Shown: positions 10,709 to 23,583, numbered from the stretch's first letter. The stretch is 64,000 nt of DNA from Candidatus Bathyarchaeota archaeon (GCA_963697165.1 CAVOMX010000014.1:1-64000); one strand, 5' to 3'. Translations and numbers: made by a program. Notes: generated by a model from the letters alone, not told the origin.

Positions 10709-12923
10709 GTGCCAAAATTTAGGCAAACGAGTGACATTGTAAGAGCTCATGAACAAAAAAGAAAACATTAGGGATATCGGCATAATTGCCCACATTGACC
10801 ATGGAAAAACGACCATGTCTGACTCCCTGCTAGCCGAGGCAGGACTCCTGTCACCTAAAATCGCGGGAGCAGCAAGAGCCCTCGACTATCTTGAAGAAGA
10901 ACAGAAAACGTGGAATTACAATCAAAACAGCAAACATTTCCCTTCTACACGAGGTCGACAACATATCACACGTCGTTAACCTCATAGACACTCCCGGTCA
11001 CGTAGACTTCACAGGAAAAGTAACACGTGCCCTAAGAGCAATCGACGGAGCTGTCGTAGTCGTAGACGCCGTCGAAGAAGTAATGGTTCAAACAGAAACA
11101 GTCACTCGCCAATCTCTTAACGAGCGAGTTAAACCTGTTCTTTTCATCAACAAAGTTGACCGTCTGATTAAAGAACTCAAACTTAATGCAGAACAGATGC
11201 AAACAAAACTTCTGCGAATAATCAGGGACTTCAACAACCTGATTTCGATATATGGAGAAAAAGACCACAGAGACCACTGGAAAGTCGATCCAACCAAGGG
11301 AACAGTAGCTTTTGGTTCAGCCCTGCACAAGTGGGGCTTCACGCTTGACAGTGCCCAAGAGAAGGGAATAAAATTCAGTGATGTCGTGGATGCCTATCAG
11401 AATGGGAGAGAGGAAGAGCTTGCAGAATTGGTTCCTCTTCACAATGCAATATTGGACATGGCTGTCAAGAATCTTCCAAATCCAGTAGTTGCTCAGAAGT
11501 ATCGTGTCCCGAAAGTTTGGAAAGGAGAGATAGATTCCGAGCTTGGAAAAGCTATGAGTAACTGTGACGAGACTGGACCAACCGTCATGTGTTTGACGTC
11601 AGCCCAAGATGGACCCTCATGCGGGACTAGTTGCTACAGGTCGTATCTTTTCAGGATGCCTTAACGAGGGCGACCGAGTTTAGTTGGTTGGCGCCAAGAA
11701 GGATTACCGTGTTCAGCAGGTCTCCATGTATATGGGTGCATACAGAGAGGTTATTGGTAAGATCGCTGCCGGAAACATAGGTGCAGTGCTGGGAATGGAA
11801 CTTGCAAGGGCAGGAGAAACTCTTGTTAGCATCGAACAAAAAGATGCTATGGTTCCATTCGAAAACATACAATACGTTTCCGAGCCAGTTATCACAATTG
11901 CCATTGAACCTAAACATCCTAGGGAACTGCCGCGTCTCATAGAATTGATGGACCGTATAGCTATCGACGATCCAAACTTGGTAACCAAAATTAACAAAGA
12001 AACGGGCGAGTATCTTCTCAGCGGAATGGGTGAACTCCATCTTGAGATAGCAGTCAAGTTCCTCAAACAATATGGTGGAGGATTAGAGATTCTAACGTCT
12101 CAGCCACTTGTCGTCTACAGGGAAACCGCATCTGCACCGGGTGTAGTTGCTATGGCAAAGAGCCCAAACAAACACAGCAAATTCTGGGTTCAAGTGGAAC
12201 CTCTTGACCAAAACGTTATTGACTTGATGGAAAAGGGTTCCTTGTTTGAAGCAATGGGAAACAAACGAGTTGGTACCACTTTACGTGAAGAAGCAGGATG
12301 GTCTGCACAAGAAGCGAAAAACGTGTGGGCTCTAGAAGAACACAAAAACATTCTGGTCGACATGACTAAGGGTGTTCAATACCTTCGAGAATCAAAAGAG
12401 ACGGTCAATTCAGGTTTCAGATGGGCAGCTAAGAACGGTCCCCTTTCAGATGAGCCAATACGAGGAGTCAAAGTAAAGCTCTTGGATGCAAAGTTGCACG
12501 AAGACCCAGTACACCGTGGACCAGCACAGCTTATGCCCACAATGAAAAGAGCTATGTGGGGATCTTTCCTTACCGCCAAACCAGTTCTTTCTGAACCAAT
12601 ATACAAAATCGGTGTTTCAGTTCCTCACCAATTCGTTGGCGACGTAACGGGACTAATAAGCCGTAAGAGAGGAAGAATAGTGTCTTCAGAACAGAAGGGA
12701 CCTATAACCAACATCAACTGGATTTCTTCCAGTTTCAGAGACTTTTGGTCTCTCCGCGGACATGAGGTCTGTGACTTCTGGTCACGCCTTCTGGCAGACA
12801 CAGTTTGATCATTGGGAAAAGGTTCCTGAAAGTATCTCACTGGAAGTTATAGCGGGTATACGGAAGAGAAGAGGACTACCTGAAGAAGTACCTAAAGCCA
12901 GCAAGTTCATTGACACAGCTTAA
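10709..12923 (+). CDS. fusA: Translation elongation factor EF-2 (split by indels)
   Basis: [29 protein letters not shown] and the diphthamide loop [14 protein letters not shown] start after AGGAG. Confidence 0.95.
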
Positions 12924-12947
12924 ACAAAACATCGACACCATCAAAAG

Positions 12948-12998
12948 AGCATTTAGCAAAAGAATGCTAGATGCCTACTTTTCAGCATTTTTTATTTT
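12948..12998 (+). terminator. Hairpin plus T-tracts after EF-2
   Basis: GCATTTAGCA...TGCTAGATGC followed by T runs. Confidence 0.45.
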
Positions 12999-13032
12999 AT
13001 TAAAAAATGAAAATTAGTAGACTCCTATATGA
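12995..13032 (+). repeat. Dispersed 38-bp element, degenerate copy E
   Basis: TTAAAAAATGAAAATTAGTAGACTCCTATATGA aligns to copy C with small indels. Confidence 0.55.
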
Positions 13033-13161
13033 CTGCAAGTTCTTGGGAAGTTTACCTAATGCGCAGCAGTTTCTTGTAGGGATTAGTATCTGATCGTGAA
13101 AAAGGGAGACTTCTTTTCAATCTTGTGAGACTGTTGACTTAAGGTTTTTAGGTTGTTAACC

Positions 13162-14092
13162 TTAATTTTTGTCTATTGTATCGGAGCTTGAATTCGTGGG
13201 TTGATTACCTGTAAACTCTTTTCTCTCAAAGAGCACCAAACCCAAAATTGCTGTGACTATAAAGTAAATTCCTATGATTGCAAGACCTTCAGGAATTTGC
13301 ACATTGAACATTGTCAGAGAGATTCCTCCTATGCCTCCTCCTGCACCGCCTCCAGGAGCCAAAGCTGGTAACAACCTTGTGCTGGGGATAAGGCACAGTC
13401 AATATGTTTCCTATTATTTGTGCTCCATACGTCAAGATGAACCACGGCTCAATCTGTACAAGGTTTGAAACTAGGGTCTGAATAAGGGAAAAGGCAAACA
13501 AAAATAGGATTGCTGTCACGATGGTGGACATTGAGGTGCTCTTGAACAATGAACTAAAGAAGAAAGTAAACCCAAGAACTGCTGCAAGATAGAACCATGC
13601 AAAAAGCACGGAATATACGAATTGGTAAGGGACGTTTAGACCAAAGTAGTATATTCCATTACTGACTGTGACTGCAGTAAATACTCCCAATATTATTGTG
13701 GATGCAGAAAAGGCTGCTAGCAGCTTTCCAATATACACGGATGATCTTCTAATTGGATTTGGGAGTCCAAAGTAGCCTGTTTTATTCTGGAATTCTCCTG
13801 CAATTGCATCGCCTCCGAAGAAAATTCCGGATAGTATAATAACGTAGGTTGCGGAATTTCCCCACCAGTTTGCATAAAAGTCTAACTCAGAATTCAAAAA
13901 ACTCTCAGGACGATAATATCCAACCAAAACTGTAAGAAGTACACTTATCAATAGAGTTATAGTTAAGAGTATGAAAAATCTGCGTGACCTAAAATAATCA
14001 AGAAAGGTGTACTTTGTCGTGATGCCTGCCTGCATCAGACTGCTTGGCACCTTATTGTTTGAAAAAATTGTTGTCTTTGTCATATTAATCAC
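13162..14092 (-). CDS. ABC-2 type permease (frameshift near 3' end)
   Basis: GGDAIAGEFQNKTGY..LPNPIRR; C-terminal LFERKEF in a second frame. Confidence 0.88.
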
Positions 14093-15030
14093 AGTGTATC
14101 CTTTATCAAACTCAAATATGCTCCTTCAAGAGCCGACGAAGCTGGTTTGTAGCTGACAATTCCGATCTTCATTTTCACCAAATCAGCAAGAAGTTTTTCT
14201 TGTGTATCCAAACCACCCGTGAATTTTATTCTGAAGGTGGAACCGTTACTTTTTTCAACCTTGGCAACATAAGGTAATTTTGTGGCAATCTTGTTTACCA
14301 ACTCTACATCAACGGTTTTTCGTATTCCAATTTCAACAATATTTTCTCCACCCGAAACCTTGGCAGTCACATTAGAAAGAGTGTCATAAATGATTAATTT
14401 GCCATGGTCTATAATGGCAACCTCGTCACAGACATCCGAAACCTCGCTAAGTAAGTGGCTACTCATGAAAATCAATCTCTGTTTGTTCTTTAGGGATTTT
14501 ATGATGTCCCTTACTTCGCTCATTCCGCGAGGATCAAGCCCAGTGGTAGGTTCATCTAATAGAACAACAGAAGGATCGCTGAGTATAGCAGAGGCAACGC
14601 AAATTCTTTGTTTCATTCCCTTAGAGAATCTACCAACGCGCTTATCGATCCATTCACCCATTCGGACTTCGAAGACAGCCTCTTCTACTCGACTTTTCCG
14701 CTCAGATTTGGGAACGCCTCTAATCTCAGCAATCATAGTTAATGCCTCTCGTGGTGTTAGAGAGGGATAAATCTCTGGCATTTCAATGAGTGTGCCGACC
14801 GATTCAAGCGCCTTTTTCTTTTGTTTACGCACGTTTACACCATTTATCAGTGCTTCTCCAGAAGATGGCCTGATTAAGTCAGTAAACATTTTGAGGGCAG
14901 TCGTTTTTCCTGCACCGTTAGGTCCTAGGAAGCCAACACATTTTGCGCCCTCAAGCTTGAGGTTTAGGTTCGACACTGCAGCAAAGGAACCGTAATTTTT
15001 TGAAAGATTTAATGCTTCGATTGATGGCAT
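14089..15030 (-). CDS. ABC exporter ATP-binding protein
   Basis: [29 protein letters not shown]. Confidence 0.95.
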   Translation of the reverse strand: MPSIEALNLSKNYGSFAAVSNLNLKLEGAKCVGFLGPNGAGKTTALKMFTDLIRPSSGEALINGVNVRKQKKKALESVGTLIEMPEIYPSLTPREALTMIAEIRGVPKSERKSRVEEAVFEVRMGEWIDKRVGRFSKGMKQRICVASAILSDPSVVLLDEPTTGLDPRGMSEVRDIIKSLKNKQRLIFMSSHLLSEVSDVCDEVAIIDHGKLIIYDTLSNVTAKVSGGENIVEIGIRKTVDVELVNKIATKLPYVAKVEKSNGSTFRIKFTGGLDTQEKLLADLVKMKIGIVSYKPASSALEGAYLSLIKDTL

Positions 15031-15045
15031 TTTATATCATTCCTA

Positions 15046-16247
15046 TTACTTGGTCATTGCTCTTTTGAACAATGGTACTGCTATTGCTGTCATGACGACT
15101 CCGAACACTATCAGTATGGATAGTTCTGTGGTTATTGCGGGTATGTCTGCTCCAAGCACCATTACTTTTCTTAAGGCGTCGGCGACGTAGGTTAGTGGAA
15201 GGAACTTTGAGATGCTCTGCATGAACCATGGCATCTGCTCTACCGGGAAGAACACCCCGCTAAGGAACATCATCGGAAACATTATTGTAGTCATCATCAT
15301 CACGGCTGTCTCCTGATCCTTGGCGAAAGAAGTTAACACGACGCCCAAACCAACAAAGCTGAAACACACCCAGGAGCAACAAAGCAAAAACTAATAGAAT
15401 GTTTCCGTGGATAGTAACGCCAAACAACATCACAGCTAATACTAGTATGAGAACTCCTTGAAGTATGCCACGTGCCATCTGGGCAAAAGTTTTTCCAAGT
15501 ATCACCGAAAGCCGATTGATTGGAGCCACCATCATTCCATCCAACGTACCCACTTCTCTCTCTTGAGAAATAGCCGCAGGAAGCCCAGTCATAACGCTCA
15601 TCATAACAGTCATCGCCATAATCCCAGGAGCAATAAAATCAAAGTAACTGAATTCGCCTTCAATTGATCCCTTGGTCTGAATGTCATATGGCTTCACAAC
15701 CGCCAAAGCATTGCTTAAATCAATTCCCAACTGCTCTGCAACGTTTTGCTGAGCTAAAGCTGGTACCCATCTGCTCAAATACCCCATTCATTACAGCTTG
15801 TATCATCGCTGACATTTGAGGATTAGATTGATCCGTTACGATTGTGATTGTTCCCTGCTGTCCACTCATGATGTTTGATGTGAAGTCGCTGGATATTATT
15901 ATACCGCCTTCAACGTCTCCAGTTTGAATCATCTCTCTAACATCATCAAGATTCGAAGCATCCGTAAGCGTCATCATGCCCGTGTTCTCGTTTATGCTGT
16001 TTAATGTCAGAATGAAAGTTGAGCTTAAACTGTAATCACTAAATCCTGTATCCTCATTCACCAATGCGATGGGTACATTATTTAGGGAAGTCTCAGAAGG
16101 ATAAATGAATCCAACCATCGCCATCATGAATATGGGCATCAGAATAAGCAGAACTAGTCCCATTCGGTTCCTGAACAACTCCATCAAGTCTTTCCAGGCA
16201 ATCCTGAGACTATGCGAGATCATATTTTTTGCTCCCATTTTGATCAC
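15046..16247 (-). CDS. ABC-2 permease (three frameshifted pieces)
   Basis: YFDFIAPG, QEREVGTLD, FLSGVFFP..QMP, LPLTY. Confidence 0.88.
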
Positions 16248-17252
16248 CTTACCCTCCGTTGCTGTCTAAATGGTCCATGACTGGGCATCTCTATCTTTTT
16301 GTCTGCTTTGTCTCGCATTGCACGTCCAGTAATATGCAAGAAAACGTCCTCCAACGTAGGTTGAATATTCTGCATTGAAACTATGTTTCCTTTCTTCCGC
16401 ACGTATGGCATCTATTATGACTGTCAAAAGCATCATCACCGTGGGCATGAATCTTTATATGACTGGAATTTTCTTGAGAAATAGTCTCCACGCATTTAAG
16501 ATCTCTTACTGTTGCTATTAGGTCTGGTGTTAGGTTAGCGAATTTCCAAGGTGAGTATAGTCGTATTTGCGCCTGAAATAGCATTTTTCAGGTTTGTTGG
16601 TGTGTCAAGGGAGGCAATTTTTCCATTGATCAATTATTCCTATTCGATCACAAAGTATGTCAGCCTCGTTCATCATGTGCGTGGTAAGGATGATTGTTGT
16701 TTTGTTTTCTTGATTAATTTTTTTAATAAACTCTCTGACCTCAACGGTGGATTGTGGGTCCAAACCCAATGTGGGCTCGTCGAGAAACAATACTTTGGGC
16801 ATGTTTAGTAAAGCTCTGATCACATTCATTCTTTGTTTCATTCCAGTCGAGAATGTGCCAACTTTAGAGTCTTTCCATTCGGTAAGCTGAACCAGCTCTA
16901 AGAGTTCATCAATCCTTTGATTGAGAATTACTGTTTGGGATGTTGTAGAGTTTTCCAAAAAACCTAAGGTTCTCTTTCGCTGTCAACCGGTCATACATTA
17001 TCATTTTTTCAGAAACTAGACCAATCAATTGCCTGACCTTATTGTCTTGCTTTACTATATCATATCCGCCGATTGTTGCTGATCCATCTGTGGGTCTGAG
17101 CTAATGTGGAAAGCATTCGAATAGTCGTTGTTTTGCCTGCACCGTTTGGTCCAAGTAATCCAAAAATTTCGCTTTTTTTAACATCAAATGTAATATGATC
17201 TACAGCTGTGAATTCATTGAACTTTTTTCGTTAGGTTGTTCACTTCAATCAT
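16244..17252 (-). CDS. DrrA-like ABC ATP-binding protein (frameshifted)
   Basis: GPNGAGKTT near 17130, [21 protein letters not shown]. Confidence 0.88.
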
Positions 17253-17285
17253 GAGCTTCGCTTTCCAACAATTCTCACCATCACA

Positions 17286-17306
17286 ATATATTTCGATGCA
17301 ATATAT
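17286..17306. promoter_or_regulatory. Putative PadR operator (7-7-7 inverted repeat)
   Basis: ATATATT-TCGATGC-AATATAT between the divergent padR and ABC operon. Confidence 0.5.
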
Positions 17307-17356
17307 CGCACCAAAATATAAATATTACCTTTACAGCTGAAGGATTCTGGAAGACC

Positions 17357-17923
17357 ATGCATCCCGAACACGAAGAAAAAACAGCTACAAAATGGCTAAA
17401 AGAGTCACAAAAAGGGTACATGCGTATCGCCTTCTTAATTCTTCTGAGCAAAAAACCATGTCACGGATACGAAATGATGAAAGAAGTCAGAGACCGAACC
17501 GAGGGCTTCTGGAAACCAACCGCTGGAGGCGCCTATCCAATACTTCAGAGCCTAGAAAAGGCAGGATACATAAAGGGAGAATGGGGTCTTCAAAAAAGAA
17601 AACGTAAAATTTATCACATAACTGAATCAGGAAAGCTCATTCTTGATCGGGCGCTCCTGAAGCATAGTCAGATTGCTGAAAACATGAACACCCTGTTTGA
17701 AGAGTATGCAATAAATGTGTTAGATTTGGAACCTAAGGTGTTGCCCATGCCGCAGATACCAAATCCTTTTTCGCCCTTCCTTGAAGAAAAACCAAAGATC
17801 AGACAAGAAGCTCTTGAATTGAAACGTAACCGTATGCAGCACATGATTAAAATGTTACAAAGCGAGCTGCAGACAGCAGATAAAGAGTTAGCTAAGTTGA
17901 GAAAAACAAAAAACGAAACATGA
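17357..17923 (+). CDS. PadR family regulator
   Basis: HGYEMMK..., PTAGGAYPILQSLE..GYI, RKIYHITESG. Confidence 0.92.
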   Translation: MHPEHEEKTATKWLKESQKGYMRIAFLILLSKKPCHGYEMMKEVRDRTEGFWKPTAGGAYPILQSLEKAGYIKGEWGLQKRKRKIYHITESGKLILDRALLKHSQIAENMNTLFEEYAINVLDLEPKVLPMPQIPNPFSPFLEEKPKIRQEALELKRNRMQHMIKMLQSELQTADKELAKLRKTKNET

Positions 17924-17974
17924 ATATTCTTCTGATTCATTGGAGGAGCAGGAAACTAAGGAGGCTTAACTGTT

Positions 17975-19064
17975 TTGGATTCAAACATGCTGGCGTATAT
18001 CATCAATATTGTTTATATCGTGTTTGTTTTTGGGTTCTCGTTTTTCTCTCAGAAACTGCAGGTCACTTTGGTTCTGGGTAAGATATCTAAATCTTTAAGC
18101 TAAGCTGCAAGCATATGCGTGACAAAGCCAAAGACGAGGCTGTCTCCGCAATTATGGCTCTTGGAAAACCTGAAATTGACCCAAAGCCTAGACTTGAAAC
18201 GCTTCTTCATTTCTTTGCCATTCAACCATCGAGCATGGACCCGTCTGGAGTAGTTAAAAGATTGGAATGCTTGGTTGACGCAGCCGATGAACGAGTAAAA
18301 GATGAAGTTAAAGCGTTGGCGCCCTCTGCTGATGAGAAGCAGATACAGAACCTGCAAAATCTTGTAGAAACAGCAAGAGGACTTGAATTCTCTTTATCGT
18401 ACTGTTCGCCATCACTATTTGGCAGGAAAAAAGGGTGGCACAATGTATAACATGGTGCAGATTCAGATGGAGCTTCCATTTATTATGGAAGAAGCAGAAG
18501 CCTACTTTTCATTTATAGACGCTTTCAAGCAAGGGCAAACCAATCGGCGATGGGGTGGGTCCTTTGGTTGCCTCCAAATTGATGGCAAGCACTAACATAC
18601 GTGATGTGGCAGAGGACATGGTTGCCGCAGAAGTAACTGTTGAGGGCAGAAATGTTGTTGTTACTAGGGCTAAGGGTCCAGGTGGAACTGTTGGGAAGGC
18701 TAGTGATGCAGTGGCTAAACTAGTCAACGATTACAAGCGTAAAGTGTCATTGATTGTAATGATCGATGCTGGCCTCAAGTTAGAGGGAGAAGATTCTGGC
18801 TTCGTTGTGGGGGTGTGGGCGCGGCGATTGGTGGTGTTGGGGTTGAAAAGTTCAAGATAGAGGAGCTGGCTACCAAATATACTATTCCAGTGTATGCTTT
18901 ATTGTTCGGCAGTCACTGAAGGAGGTTTTATCACCGATGACCGATGTGCTAATAGTTCTGCTGATGAGGTTATTAAGAGGCTTGGGCAGGTTATTCGGGA
19001 GCGAACAGAAGAAGGAAACACGGTGCTGGTGGTTGGAGTCGGCAACACAATCGGAATAGCCTAA
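17975..19064 (+). CDS. DUF1512 family protein (frameshifted)
   Basis: P.SMDPSG, GDGVGP, KGPGGTVG, MIDAGLKLEGE and terminal GVGNTIGIA. Confidence 0.85.
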
Positions 19065-19172
19065 CTGTGCAGATCATTTCTCTTTGAAAACTTCATCCTA
19101 GCCACGCAGTGCATGCAATCGAATCAGAAATAAGACTCTACATGCATATTTTTTGCTGTTGGAAGCATAGTT

Positions 19173-20031
19173 ATGTTACTTACTGTTTTTGATCCTTGGA
19201 AATCCCAGTTGTGCACTTGCCCAGACAAGTTAACATTCAATCCCTACACAGGATGTGACCATGACTGCGTCTACTGCTACGCCTCATCGTACATACCCCG
19301 GTTTCCATGAATGCAGACCCAAAAAAGATCTACTCTCTAGATTAAAGCGGGAGGCAGCCAAATTGGAGGGCGAATTGATTTCATTGTCTAATTCTTCTGA
19401 TCCGTATCCGCGGATGGAACAGAAAACTGGTTTGACCCGAAACTGTCTTGAAATACTGGCGGATAGTCGTTGCAGGCTTCAGATAGTCACGAAATCTGAT
19501 TTAGTGACAAGAGACATCGATGTTCTACAGAAATTGCTTGTATGGTTTCGTTTACTGATTACTCACGGCTGATGATGAGATGTCTAGAAAGCTTGAGCCA
19601 GGTGCACCTGTTTCTTCGAGGCGACTGAAGCTATAGAAATGTTGGTTGCGGCAGGCATTCCCATCACCGCTGAGAATTGATCCTGTTATTCCTTTTCTTA
19701 ATGATGATTTGGCGACACTTATGAAAATCGTTGCCGACTTGGGTGTTTTGCAGGTTACTTGTTCATCATACAAGATAAAACCTGACAATTGGAAACGATT
19801 CAGTGCAGTGTTTCCCGAAATCGCAAAGAAATTGAAAAACATTATATTTCACTGAGGGAGAGAAGAGTTGGGCGTTCCACATATTTGCCTAAGGCTCTAA
19901 GGTTTGGTTTGATGAAAAAAGCCAAAGAGTTAGCTGAAGAAAACCACCTGAAGTTTGGTTGCTGCAGAGAAGGCTTTAGTTTGAATTCTGCTGTTTGCGA
20001 TGGCTCTTGGGTAACTCAGAAGCACAAATAA
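19173..20031 (+). CDS. Radical SAM protein, SplB-like (frameshifted)
   Basis: FDPWKSQLCTCP..NPYTGCDHDCVYCYA (CxxxCxxC), SNSSDPYP, CREG. Confidence 0.88.
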
Positions 20032-20080
20032 CAGGGGTTCAGTAGGCAGAGCTTCGCCTGCTTTCATACGTGAAAAGGCT

Positions 20081-20118
20081 GTTTTTAACAATCAGCTGTT
20101 ATTAGTTTCCTAATATGA
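20081..20118 (+). repeat. Dispersed 38-bp intergenic element, copy B
   Basis: GTTTTTAACAATCAGCTGTTATTAGTTTCCTAATATGA. Confidence 0.88.
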
Positions 20119-20124
20119 TAGGCT

Positions 20125-21874
20125 CTATTCGGCGGTTTGACTGGAATTGCGGCGTCTCCATTTCAAGAGCAATAATGCTGTCACAATCGCTGCTACTATG
20201 AGTGCAAGAAACAAAATGATATTTAATGTATGAAAGGTTGATTTTGTCCAAGTTTCAACCTGGAAGCCATAAGCATCCGCAGTAACCGTTAATTGCTGGT
20301 AGGGACTCCACGAAGCTATTTGTGTCTCGTAGACTCCGGGTTCAACTTCTTCTGAGGGTTCTCCATTCACAACTGCAGTTACATCCGCAACTAAAGAGCC
20401 ATCATAAGCGTGCCTGATTTTCGTCCGCACCTTTGTTACTCCAAACATTGACGAATCAACTTCCACATCAATTACAACTTTGTCCCAGACAATAATTGGG
20501 CTCTCAGCAGTTACAATGTATCCGTTTGCTTCAGGATGCTGAAATCCCGTCACAACCCATGACCTCTTGCCTACAGTATCAAATGATTTACTGAAGCTTG
20601 CCCATCCTGTTCTATTGGTTACATACTCTGTTCCGTTCACGTAAACTCTGGCATCAAAAACATCGATGCCGTCAGTTTCCCAGCTTATATGAAAACCGAC
20701 TGACTGTGCCTCGTTGATGTTGCATTTCTGGGCGCTTATGAAAGTTTGATCTATGACCGCAAACTGTCTATCCTTGGAATACCAGTCTGTTATGACGTTT
20801 TGGGCGGGCTTATTTTGTGGCGTATGATACGAATCGTTTGATCCTCCCTTTGTGGGATCATGTATCCATGTCCACCAGTAGAAGCCGTAGAACCAGCTTC
20901 GGTTCCATAAAGTTTGGAAGGCTGCCTCATAACAGTCGCGCTGTTCTTGGAGGTCAACGGTCATGTCTGTCCAATAGTTTGATGGAGCCATGCTTGTTCC
21001 ATCACCACTTCGATACCCAATTTCCGTGAATATCACTGGCTTGTTTACTGTTAGAAGCCATTCCTCAATATCTGTCCGCGTGGTTGGTCCAAGCATTCTT
21101 CAGTTCCTCAAATGTTGGATTGTTTTTAAAGAGTGTCAACAAAAAGTAGGCATCTATTCCCACATAATCCACAGAATCCCACCACTCAATGTTTTTGTAG
21201 TTTGTCCAGTCAGCAGCATATGTAATGGGACCTGAGTAACGTTCTCGCACACCAGAAACAACATTTTCCCACTGCTCTTTTTCGCTGGTTGTCGCTTTAA
21301 ACTCGCATCCAACACAGAAAAGTTCCACATCATTCTGCTCGGCAAACTCGGCAAAATCATTGATAAACCCTGAGTAGTTTTCAAACCATGCGTCAGACGA
21401 CTCAATTTCGCCTCTCCACACGGTTGGGTATCCTTGCGTTTTCTCGTCTTCTAATGTGTCAACCATTGGTTTTAGCATCACCTTTAAGCCTAAATTATGG
21501 GCTACGGTTATGGCGTGTTTTACTGAGGCATTTGTTGGCGTGCGGTCTGGATCAGGATGAATGTCATATGATGTCGTGTTGGATTGAACCCACGAGAAAC
21601 AGACTGCTATCCACTCTGTGTTCGTTTCAGTCAAGAGAGCCAGAGACTCATCGGATTCCGAACTGCTAAAGGCGTTGCTGTCCCAAGCCGAAAAAGAGAG
21701 ACCCTTCTGAAAAACGGGTCTCCAATCAGGCATCTCAGCTTCTGGAAAGGACACGGCTTCAACGGCTCCAGTATCTTCACCGTTTAAAGCGAGAGGAAAC
21801 ACCGGATAAGAAAGAAACTCTAAAACAAGTAGCACAATTAACGAAGAGAATATCGATTTTTTCAGTCCACCCAT
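20125..21874 (-). CDS. Membrane-anchored glycoside hydrolase, GH113-like (one frameshift)
   Basis: GLKVMLKPMV, WRGEI, GCEF, ITYAADW, WWDSVDYVGIDAY, FTEIGY; signal peptide and C-terminal TM. Confidence 0.82.
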
Positions 21875-21914
21875 GTTCCATCATCAGAGTTGTGGCTATT
21901 ATTTCGTCTCTAGT

Positions 21915-22373
21915 TTAAGTAAAGTCAATATCAGTTGCCTTTTGGGTAAGGATGTTTATTGCTTCAAGAAGATTTTTTGCGATATCAAACAGATTCACAG
22001 AGACAATCATCAAGAGAATTGTGCTAATGTCAACAGACAAGTTTACCACAACTTCTGTAACAGGCAACGTTAGACTGAAGATTCCGCCTTCTGAAATAGC
22101 GAAAAAGAAAGCAATTATAACAAGTGCCTTTGCTACGCCAAAGCCACATCCGATAATTGTTCCTGACAAAAGCTGGCCTAAAACTGTGAAGAAAACTGAT
22201 ATAATAGCGAATTGAATAAGCGAATCAGTGTAATCAATGGGAAGAAGATCTTGTGGATAAAGCATCATCGGTAGATAATATACAACAAGAAAAGTTACAG
22301 AACCCCACAACACAGCTTTAAGAACTCTAGGGAGTACCTGCTTCAAAATCAAATCTGTTGTTAATTTAACCAT
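21915..22373 (-). CDS. Hypothetical membrane protein
   Basis: About 4 TM segments; overlaps the upstream gene. Confidence 0.75.
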   Translation of the reverse strand: MVKLTTDLILKQVLPRVLKAVLWGSVTFLVVYYLPMMLYPQDLLPIDYTDSLIQFAIISVFFTVLGQLLSGTIIGCGFGVAKALVIIAFFFAISEGGIFSLTLPVTEVVVNLSVDISTILLMIVSVNLFDIAKNLLEAINILTQKATDIDFT

Positions 22374-23152
22374 AAGGCTCCCACCAGTTCACGGTAAACA
22401 TTGGCGTCTCGAAAATCAGGTGCAGGTTTCCGCTGCTTGTTAATTTTGGCTCATCTTCCTGCACTGCATACATAGAAATGTTATTGGCGTAGCTGTTCTG
22501 CGACGGGACACTAATAGCAGTCGATCCAGAGGCTATCCTTTCTTGTGAACCATTATAGAATTCCAGCTTCAAAGTTCCAGATATCTCAAGAACAGCGTGA
22601 TTTTCGAAACTTACGGGTATTGTTGCTTCTACATGGGTGCTGTTATATGGAGAAACAGACATTTCACCAATGGAGAATCCTGCAAAGGGTGCCCCCCAGG
22701 GTATTGTTGTATTCAGTGAGAGCTGCGCTGGGACCATTCGTGCGAAATTGAGACCTGCAAAAATTTCTACGTTGAATTCGCTGTCGTTTAAAAGTAACGT
22801 TACGTGATCCATTGACATGACATCTTCTAGGTCTATTTCGATTGTGTGTGATGAATTAAGAGTGGTTCCCGGTGGTATTGACGGGACAATAGTTTCGGTT
22901 TGATCCACCACGGTTCCATTGAGGTCCGTAACCCGGGTTGTCAAGTTCAAATCAGCTATTTCATAGTAACCGTTGTTGTTTATAGCGAATGGTAAAGAAA
23001 GGCTGATTCCGTTGCTGGAGGGAAGCATTTGAGACATCGCCGATTGTTACGCCAAGATTCATTATTGAGACGACAGCCGTGACAGAAAAGAAAAGAATTA
23101 CTATCCAGAGAATGAATGTTGCTATGCTAAGCATTCTTATAGCGATATTCAT
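22366..23152 (-). CDS. Membrane-anchored beta-rich (LEA/Ig-like) protein (frameshift)
   Basis: N-terminal TM in 22961..23152 plus two beta-rich domains with many NxS/T sequons. Confidence 0.7.
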
Positions 23153-23226
23153 CTACTTGTTTTCCTTCACTTTTGTCTCTTTTTAATGAGACTACGCTTT
23201 TGTCATTTTTTTAGCGTCTTGGGCTT

Positions 23227-23583
23227 TTATTGACTCATTGGTTTGACTGCTAGACGTTTGAGTTGACCAATAAGCTGGACTCCTCGTGCAGTAAGCCCTG
23301 AGCCTATCCATCCCATGACGCCGAGATACATTATTCGGATGGTTGCTCCAATCAGGGGAGCCAAGGAACTGCCAAAGACGTCTATTAAGTCGGATGAACC
23401 AGTGATTGTTTGGTTGTTGATTAGGAATATGTAGGCGCTTATGAATGTGAATGCTAGTAAACCTATTCCTGTGAAGAGAATGACATATGCTATTATCATT
23501 GGTTTGTCTTCCACGATATGACCTCCATGACACAGGAATAGGTGGTCGCATACAATATTAAATCTTCTGTACCTACTAAACAA
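23227..23583 (-). CDS. Small 2-TM protein (true start probably about 23513)
   Basis: Two hydrophobic helices, YLGVMGWIGS. Confidence 0.7.
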   Translation of the reverse strand: MFSRYRRFNIVCDHLFLCHGGHIVEDKPMIIAYVILFTGIGLLAFTFISAYIFLINNQTITGSSDLIDVFGSSLAPLIGATIRIMYLGVMGWIGSGLTARGVQLIGQLKRLAVKPMSQ

